Positions 56,242-64,000 of a stretch of DNA of 64,000 nucleotides are shown here, piece by piece. How positions within the stretch are numbered: position 1 is the stretch's first letter; the number at the start of each line of letters is the position of its first letter. Below the pieces are notes generated by a model that ran no database searches, was not told the origin of the DNA, and saw nothing but the letters and a program-made list of their open reading frames with translations. This stretch comes from Octopus sinensis (lineage: Eukaryota), in assembly GCF_006345805.1 (NCBI RefSeq), contig NC_043004.1, positions 15,500,001 to 15,564,000 of the forward strand, in the 5' to 3' direction. The position numbers and the translations under genes were made by a program.

Positions 56242-56242
<1 letters not shown>
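56092..56242. repeat. Inverted repeat, 67-bp arms (56092-56158 and 56176-56242), 17-nt spacer, followed by (TA)n(GA)n
   Basis: AACAATTGC...AAAAACCGTTAGATTCACTT pairs with AAGTGAATCTAACGGTTTTT...GCAATTGTT with about 7 mismatches. Confidence 0.92.
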
Positions 56243-56296
<54 letters not shown>

Positions 56297-56989
56297 TGTG
56301 TATATTTTCCCCTTCTTTACAATTAACACGGAAAAAATAAACAGTTACCAGGTTAGCAAAAAATCACGCAAGTAAAAAGTGCGTAACACCTTGTTTTTAA
56401 AAGTAGAATCTCCGAGTTTATGTGAAATATTTAGTATAATACAGAAAATAAATAAATGGAGTTAAATACAGGTGTTATTCAAATTATTTTACTTCCGTCA
56501 CATGTTTCGAAGATCTCATTGGTATTATTCCAAATGAATAAAATGGTGTAAAACAATGTAATCTTCTCTTCAGGGGAATGAAGAAATAAAACTAGCCAAT
56601 AAGACATTTTAACAGAAAATGATGGATATGTATAGTGATGAACTGAACGCTATTAATTTTAAAAAACGTTAAAGGATATACCATCAAACGTAAAGAGGAG
56701 TAGTAAAGGAAAGGAAAAATCAGAAACCAAATAAATGAGAAATGTAAAGCGATATTTAAATTAAATAAACCCCTAAAGTCTTGGGAAAGATATACCCAGT
56801 GGAAGTGAAATGTAGGTAGAAAATCAATGTTTAAATTATATATAATAGTAGATATCACTTATATGAACGAAAGGTGTGTTTCTGCCACGCTCTATTAATC
56901 ATGTTTACAGGGGAATTTTTAGAAAAAAAGAATAAAAATCATAAGGGAACGAAATGAAGAGAATCAACCTATCACAATTAAATTGTTTA

Positions 56990-57840
56990 TTATGTTTTTT
57001 TAGATCCGAAATTTATTTATTAAGTCTTGTACTGTTACGATTATTCATATCCCTAAATGTAGAGTAATGATTAGAAATTCTTTTAAATATCTGAGAAGTA
57101 AAACTACCTATATAAAAAAAGGCATCGATACCCGAAGTGATTTTACACTGGTATATACAATTTTTAATCTTAGACTTACTTGACCTAAACTTAATTCTGT
57201 TGGAATTGACTTCAGAGACAATAACTTTGTTATTAATATTTCTAGGGGGATGGATGGTTGTAGCTAGATTAATATTAGTATCAGTAAATTGATTCTTATT
57301 TAACAGACTAATTTTATGAGAGTAAATAATTTGTAAGAGATTTTTTTGTGTTGGACAAACTAGTTCTAACCGTGTGCGAGTTGATAATAGAATAATACTT
57401 AGAATTCTTTAAAAAATTCCTATTAATAGCTTCCCGAATCTGTAACGGAAGATTAGATTTAATTTGCCTCCGATAAGGAATAATCAACCAAATAGTTTTG
57501 CTATTAGTTGCCTTATTTTTAGTGTAAATATTTTAAATTTACCTTTAGAATGAAAAGAGGGTTTTAAATAAGGGTTATCTCCCTTCGTCTGTTTCATGTT
57601 TGCGTATAAATTAAAATTGATATCGTTTATATCCTTACAGCTAGATTTCATGTTTCCATTAGTAAAGTTAGAATAAGATTGAATGGAATTAATGTAGGTA
57701 ACTATTTGTATAGCCTGCTTTAAGTAAGGCTGAGTTATAACATACAGCTTTTTCATGGAAAATATCAACATTAGTATGTTGATGGTTTTAATGTGTAAAT
57801 TCAGGAGGTGATAAGACTCTGCACAAGTAGTGGACAACGA
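56990..57840 (-). mobile_element. Penelope-like element (Naiad/Neptune-type) C-terminal remnant with GIY-YIG domain
   Basis: SKTIWLIIPYRRQIKSNL...SIINSHTVRTSLSNTK, then a frameshift in an A7 run, then IIYSHK...NCIYQCKITSGIDAFFYIGS...KRISNHYSTFR...STRLNK*. Confidence 0.8.
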
Positions 57841-57859
57841 CCATATATATTTATGTATG

Positions 57860-58075
57860 TGTGTGTGTCTTTGTGTCTGTGTCTGTGTATCTATTGTTGT
57901 TGACAACCCGTATTGGTGTGCTTTCGTACCGTAACTTAGCTATTCGGCTTAATGGACTAATGGAAAAAAGTACCAGGCTTCAGGGATGTCACGGTGTCGA
58001 TTTATTCGACAACAAAATCGCTTCAAGGCGTTCTTCCATCATGGCCGTAGTCAAGTGACTAAACCCATTAAAAGT
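57860..58075 (+). mobile_element. 3' half of the CORE-like SINE
   Basis: (TG)n-GACAACC...CGTAACTTAGC...GGTGTCGATTTATTCGAC...CATGGCCGTAGTCAA. Confidence 0.75.
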
Positions 58076-58084
58076 GCAAAAGAA

Positions 58085-58530
58085 TAATCTTTCTAGTCAT
58101 GACTAAATTCACCAAGCCCTCTTTTCTCATCACATGACTAAGAAATCTCACTATTTCTTCGTGGCCTTTATCCCATGAAGCATTTCCTATTTACCGCAAC
58201 CCGGCTCATCATTTTCTCCATGCTATCCTCAATATTATTTCTAGGAACCACTTTTTGCCGCTCTCCATTTCTTATTATAAATGTCTCACTTTCATAAATT
58301 AACACAGGGTAGGTATAGCAGTTCAATAAGCGGGTCCTAGTTTTGATATTCAGAGTACAGTTTCTGAAGAGGTTATACAATTTTGAGAATGAGGATTTTG
58401 CTAGCTCTATTCATCTGTTGATCTCCTTCACACATCTTGTGTCTTTCTCTAATCTGTTTAGCGATGAAGTTTAGCATTCCGACAACAGATTATTTAATAT
58501 AAACAAAATTTATCAACAAGTTTTCCACGT
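58085..58530 (-). mobile_element. RTE-clade LINE ORF C-terminal remnant
   Basis: LNIKTRTRLLNCYTYPVLIYESET (ORF 58168-58380) and VRFLSHVMRKEGLVNLVMT match the RTE patterns KxRLLxCYVxPVLLYGxETW and FLGHxMRKEGLE. Confidence 0.8.
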
Positions 58531-58941
58531 CAACAACTGTTTCAAGTAGAACTGAAGATAAAAATATCTTTTGACGTGATTCCTGCAGCACGTAGAGCAA
58601 CAGCTTAAACAATATTTTACAAATAAGACATCATATCAACATTTCAAAAAATTCAGCTCAATGTATTTTATGAACTAAATTTAATACCACCATATTAAGC
58701 GTCTCAATAGCCGATAGTATGATTGTCTGTCATTTTCGCTGACTTTGGGGTCTTCATCATCGTCATCATCAAGATCATTATCATCATCATTTCATCATCA
58801 ACACCACTACCACCGCCACCAGAATTACAACTGGTTATGGTAGTTCTAGTATTTCTATTGTATATGGAAGTTTAATTATTATAAATTTTAAATATGTTGT
58901 ACACATTGCACCAGTTACATGATTATGCATATTTGTGTATA

Positions 58942-58986
<45 letters not shown>

Positions 58987-59666
58987 AAGACAGACAAATA
59001 GAGACAGAGACAGTGTCCTTGTTTGTATTTGTGCACAACGTAATGTGTAAGTCGAAGAAAGTGATGTTGATATAGGTTTTCGAACCACAAAATTACCTGC
59101 TTCTGAATTAAAGTGTAATTGGTTGAGCGTTGAGCAGACTGTGTGCCCTTAAGTCAATCACTACGCACAGAAAACGTGATATTATATGAGATGTTTGTAC
59201 GTCTTACACTCCAGATACGTTCCAGTGGAAGAGCTTCCATGCAGTTTCTATTACACACATTTTCATCCACATCGTATTTACTCTTCAGGTGGACGTCGAA
59301 AATGAGAGTGAGCCTAAATTTCACGTAGTTGAACTGAAAAAGGGACTTTGTAATTGCGAAGTGAATTTCTTAATTGCTCGGCTCACTGCACCCACAAGTA
59401 CAGTATATACAATGTATATAAAAATACATTTTACATCATACATATATTTTTATAACTTTTATTTCTTTCAACTATATTAAATAGGTATGATGTAAATAAG
59501 GTTTTACACAACATTTTACATCAAAATTGTAAAGAATTCATCTCATAAAAGTTTTACAAATTAATACGAACAGCATCATAAAATATTTATAAGTCAACTA
59601 AAAATTTTCATATGTTCATTTTATATTTTCATCCCATCTTATATCTGTGTGTGTGTGTATGTGTGT

Positions 59667-59733
<67 letters not shown>

Positions 59734-61553
59734 AATCATTACACACTATTTTATCTACGTTTATGCAAGTGTATACGTTTACTGCGCAAAAATACATATA
59801 TATTCGATATATATTGAATGTAGCTTACTGAACGTAGTGTGTCTCGGTGTGATTTTTCTAGAGTTTTTATACATCATAAAATAAATACCCAGCATTATAT
59901 GTCCTGATTTTATGTTTTGTTTTTAAATTATATATTATATAGCAGCGGCGTATCACCGGATTGATAATTCTTCAGTATAAAACTTATGTTTTGGTACAAT
60001 TTCAAAATTTGTAATTAATAGTAGCCAATAAGTAACTCTCAGCAAAATAACTCATCGATTGCTTGATTAATATTCTATCCGTATCATTTGCACCATCATC
60101 AATGTCATGTCCCCGTTACTGCAGGCCTATCTCATTTTGTTATTAGTACGTATTAAATTGTTATAGTGTCAATAAGGTTAGGCAGACATTTTTTGTATTC
60201 CTTAGCAAATCTGATCAACAGAGGTTCGTTTCATCAATATTAGTTCCATGTGAAGGATGATGTTTTACATGAATTTGTCTTCCTGATGATATTTACCATC
60301 TTTCTTTGATGTTCCATCATGCGTGAGGGCAGATGTATTTTACATATTTGTAATATAATGTAGATGTATCTGATTCGTAACCAGAGGAGGATAAGGTTAT
60401 TTCTGACTATTGTTTCTTCCCCGTTACTAAGAGTATGACATGCTTGTTGTTTGACATTCAATCACCCATCCTTTCAAATGGCGAGTGACACCTCCTCTTT
60501 CTGTGATCATGCCCGTCGTTGAGTCTGCTGTCACCTGTGATTGCATTACTTTGATATGGAAAGTAGCTTGCATTTATTAGTTGCTGCGCTAACATTCAAG
60601 TGAAATTTTGTGGTTACACCGCCAAAAGCGTTTACCAGTCCGCTGAAATAACCAGCTAACTGCATTGGTCTTACTAACCTATATTTGCTTACTCTCTCTG
60701 AGGTTGCACATACAAAATCTTACGATCCGTGTTAACATATATTTAACTTCAATTTAGCTTTAGATAGGATCCCGTTCTTGAAAACATCTAGCAAAGGAAA
60801 TGACAATAAATTCAGAGTTAGCATGCAATATTACATGGTCTCTGTTTAAAATCAAACTGTTAGGAATTGGAGTTCTTGTGAGTAATGCTAGCTACCAGTA
60901 TGATGCAATTTACTAAGGGCACCTACAAATGAACCCCATGTTTTTTTATTGGTGATGTGTTAGGAAACTATCTTTGATCGAAGTATTCATCAATAAGCTT
61001 TTTGTACCTACCAGTTCGTAGATGTAATAAATAGAATCGGTGCTGCTACTTCGTTATGATGCAAGGAAACAGATGACAGTACCTTAAGTACAAAAGCTCC
61101 TCCTGCTATTTGACATTGTTGTTAAGGATTAAATACAGTTCAAAAGGGAGGAGTAGTTCGTGTTGCCGCTCCCCTTCTGAATTGGCTTATACTATTTTCC
61201 CCCATAGAAAGCGATAAAATCGTGTTTTACTACCAGCTTCTCTCTGCGGGGTATTATTCTTATACAGATGTGTATAATGCTGTAGATGTTAAGTGTACAA
61301 TCGAGATTGGTTTGGTATAATTTGATTAATTTGCTATAAAAAGTAGGAAATCATAGTATAGCATGACTTTCCCTTGGGGACATCTAAACATACAGTATGT
61401 CGTTAATTGCAGTTGGTTCCTAGCCTAATTTTCTCAGGAAAGTTAAATCTTAGCACAAGTCACTTTCTTTCCATGCGCCAATCCACGTACAAGTGTACGC
61501 ACATACGTATACATAGACACATATGCACACTCATATATATATATATATATATA

Positions 61554-61704
<151 letters not shown>

Positions 61705-62050
61705 CAAACACACACACAGATATATGTACGTGTGTATTGTATGTGTGAGTTTGTATTGACATGCATGTTTTTATCACTGTTTATGTTACTTTGCAGATAT
61801 GTTAGTCAATGAAATTCTGTCACAGCCGGATTTGCCCGTTTTATATTTACATTTATGCATGTACTTTCATGTTTTATAACAACTTTGAGGTAAATACTGA
61901 TATGGCGACGATACCTATAAGATACTAAGTTATAGATATCGTCGACCTGTCAATATTTACTTGAAAAATGTTATAAAACATGAAAGTTCTCATGCAAATA
62001 TAGAAAAAATATATGCGAAAATCCAGTTGCGTTAGACTTTGATGAAGTAA

Positions 62051-62093
<43 letters not shown>

Positions 62094-63714
62094 GTATATT
62101 TGTGAGGTGTGTTATATGTTTCTGTGAATTTGGTCAAAGGTTATATGGGAGAACGTATCAACTGAAATGGATGTATAGTTAACATACCTACGTGTTATGC
62201 TCGTTTCACTTTGGTAATCCGAATTCACTAAATATGAAAAAAAAACAAATCAAATTCTTTGAATATCTTAATATCTTTATCTCAGTAAGTGTACCCACCA
62301 CACATATATATATTTAAAAGTCTAAATTTAAATTTTTAAGTGACGAAATACAGTTCAGCACCCTTATTATTTTTCCCCAGTAACATATTCATGTCAGGGT
62401 TACTAAATTATATTCTATAAATCTTTGAACCTCGTTACTCTTTATTGGCGGCGGAAACAGTTTCAGTTTTTGAAACTGAACTGCGCGTGTCATGTTGTGA
62501 TATGCAATAACTCTCCCTTCCAAGTACATAACCGTCATTTTAACCTCCAGTATCAATATATTTGTAGCAAAAATAACCTAGCAACTCGTACATAATTTTC
62601 AATAGGGACATAGTGTCAATAAAATGAACGCGGTATTCAATAAGTCGATACACTCTTCGCACCAAGTGACCACGAAATTGGTTTCGAAGTTGCCAGATAT
62701 TACTTGTTCATGAAGCTTACTTTGACTTCATGAAAAGATAGAACGATGTAAGACTCTACTCTATGCTTTCTACGACTAGCAGTGAAATTCCCTTAAATCA
62801 CATGCTACTCCATAAAAATGAATTGGATCGTATATTCTTAAATATGACGCATGGAAAAATGTTTTGAGAATGATTATATAGCCTTTTAACATATAAATCT
62901 TAAATGAGACCTAAACTCACGCTTAACTGCAATAAAAAAATGCCGGAGGACTTCGTCATTATTTAATAACATCACAGTATAAAAGCACCCAAGAACTTCT
63001 GGTCAGAGCATCGCAGCTCCAAATCGTCTGACCTATATTGCTTAAAGTTCGATTCATCGCCACTTCGTATTTCTATGTGTTTCCCAAATGCAAGCTAGGC
63101 AACTCACTGATGACCTCTAATGATACTTCGAACAATCGGATGTAATTTCAAATAATCAATGAAAACCTGGTTAACCCCTTTTCAATCGCAAATTATGCAA
63201 AGGTGTCGGTCATATCTAACACATTCAAATGTAGGGAAAAGGAAACTGCCTAGAGTTCTTAAGAAGCACTTCAGTTTCATAGAATTTTAAAATGACGGAT
63301 GTAGTCAAGAGATACAAAACGCTTGTCTTAAGACTATACGAGAATGATCAAAAGTAAATACTAATATGCTTCTTAAAATCTATCTGATGCGACACCATGT
63401 GAGTGTTTTGGAGCCGATTTAATGAAGATGTTATGGAAATCTGACATTAAAAGATGTCCAGTTATGCTGAAGTTGTTATGTTTAGGGACCAGGGAATGAG
63501 ATCCAATACATTTACGATTTTGATGTTGCGAAATACATGCCTACGGATGGTGCGTAAAGTATAATAATTAAAGATTGTAACCTATGCAAGACATGTTGAT
63601 CGTTGAGAGATCCTGACCAAAGACAGATATATTTTCGTCGTTTCAATAAGTTTTCACAAGTTATTGTGTATCAAAATCTATGACGATAGTATAGTCGTGG
63701 TGGTGGTGAGTGTA

Positions 63715-63718
63715 GTAT

Positions 63719-63763
<45 letters not shown>

Positions 63764-63790
63764 CAGCAGTAGTAGCAGAAGCAGCAGCAA
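63715..63790. repeat. (GTA)n/(GCA)n trinucleotide repeat
   Basis: Directly visible; it explains the poly-Val ORF 63664-63867. Confidence 0.95.
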
Positions 63791-64000
63791 CAGGCGCAGT
63801 ATCTGACTGCTGCTACTACACACGTGTGCCTATAATTAGCGTTAATTTTATCAATTATGGTTTCTAATATAGAGCATTAATTTTCTCAGTGTGTATGAGT
63901 GTATCATATAAGCATAGTAAAGTGTAATAGGGTGGGGTGTAATGTAATGTTGTAATCCTCTTCATTTGCCCAGGTATAATAACTGAAAATTACAGACGTA

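Noticed and set aside
60230-60530. Possible RTE endonuclease remnant on the minus strand
   Set aside because: No intact catalytic motif (e.g. GDFN) is visible.
62978-63015. TATAAAAG followed ~25 nt later by a TCAG Inr-like motif
   Set aside because: Common by chance at this AT content, with no supported downstream exon; the nearby ORF is a (GTA)n repeat.

Overview
AT-rich, microsatellite-saturated animal DNA. The SINE repertoire and the (TA)n/(GATA)n/(TG)n load suggest a cephalopod, probably Octopus; this is inference from remembered repeat families, not a database result. I find no intact host protein-coding gene, true tRNA, rRNA or CRISPR array. Most ORFs in the track are microsatellite read-through, and the few protein-like ones are transposon remnants. 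Decayed mobile DNA identified: Tc1/mariner remnants (one maT-like, two mariner DD34D) and a pogo/Tigger-like MITE; CR1/L2, RTE and L1/Tx1-type LINE fragments; three Penelope-like element (PLE) remnants; and roughly 30 copies or fragments of three tRNA-derived SINE families. The most interesting signals are: (1) several type I hammerhead ribozyme motifs, one inside a short element that joins a tRNA-derived head, a microsatellite and a hammerhead tail and has an inverted 5' junction (a candidate Penelope-mobilised SINE); (2) a SINE whose 3' tail matches the 3' end of an L1/Tx1-type LINE and which appears to re-insert repeatedly at the same target; (3) several fold-back palindromes next to (TA)n tracts and one pre-miRNA-sized hairpin. 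Many element boundaries are approximate (about 10-30 bp).
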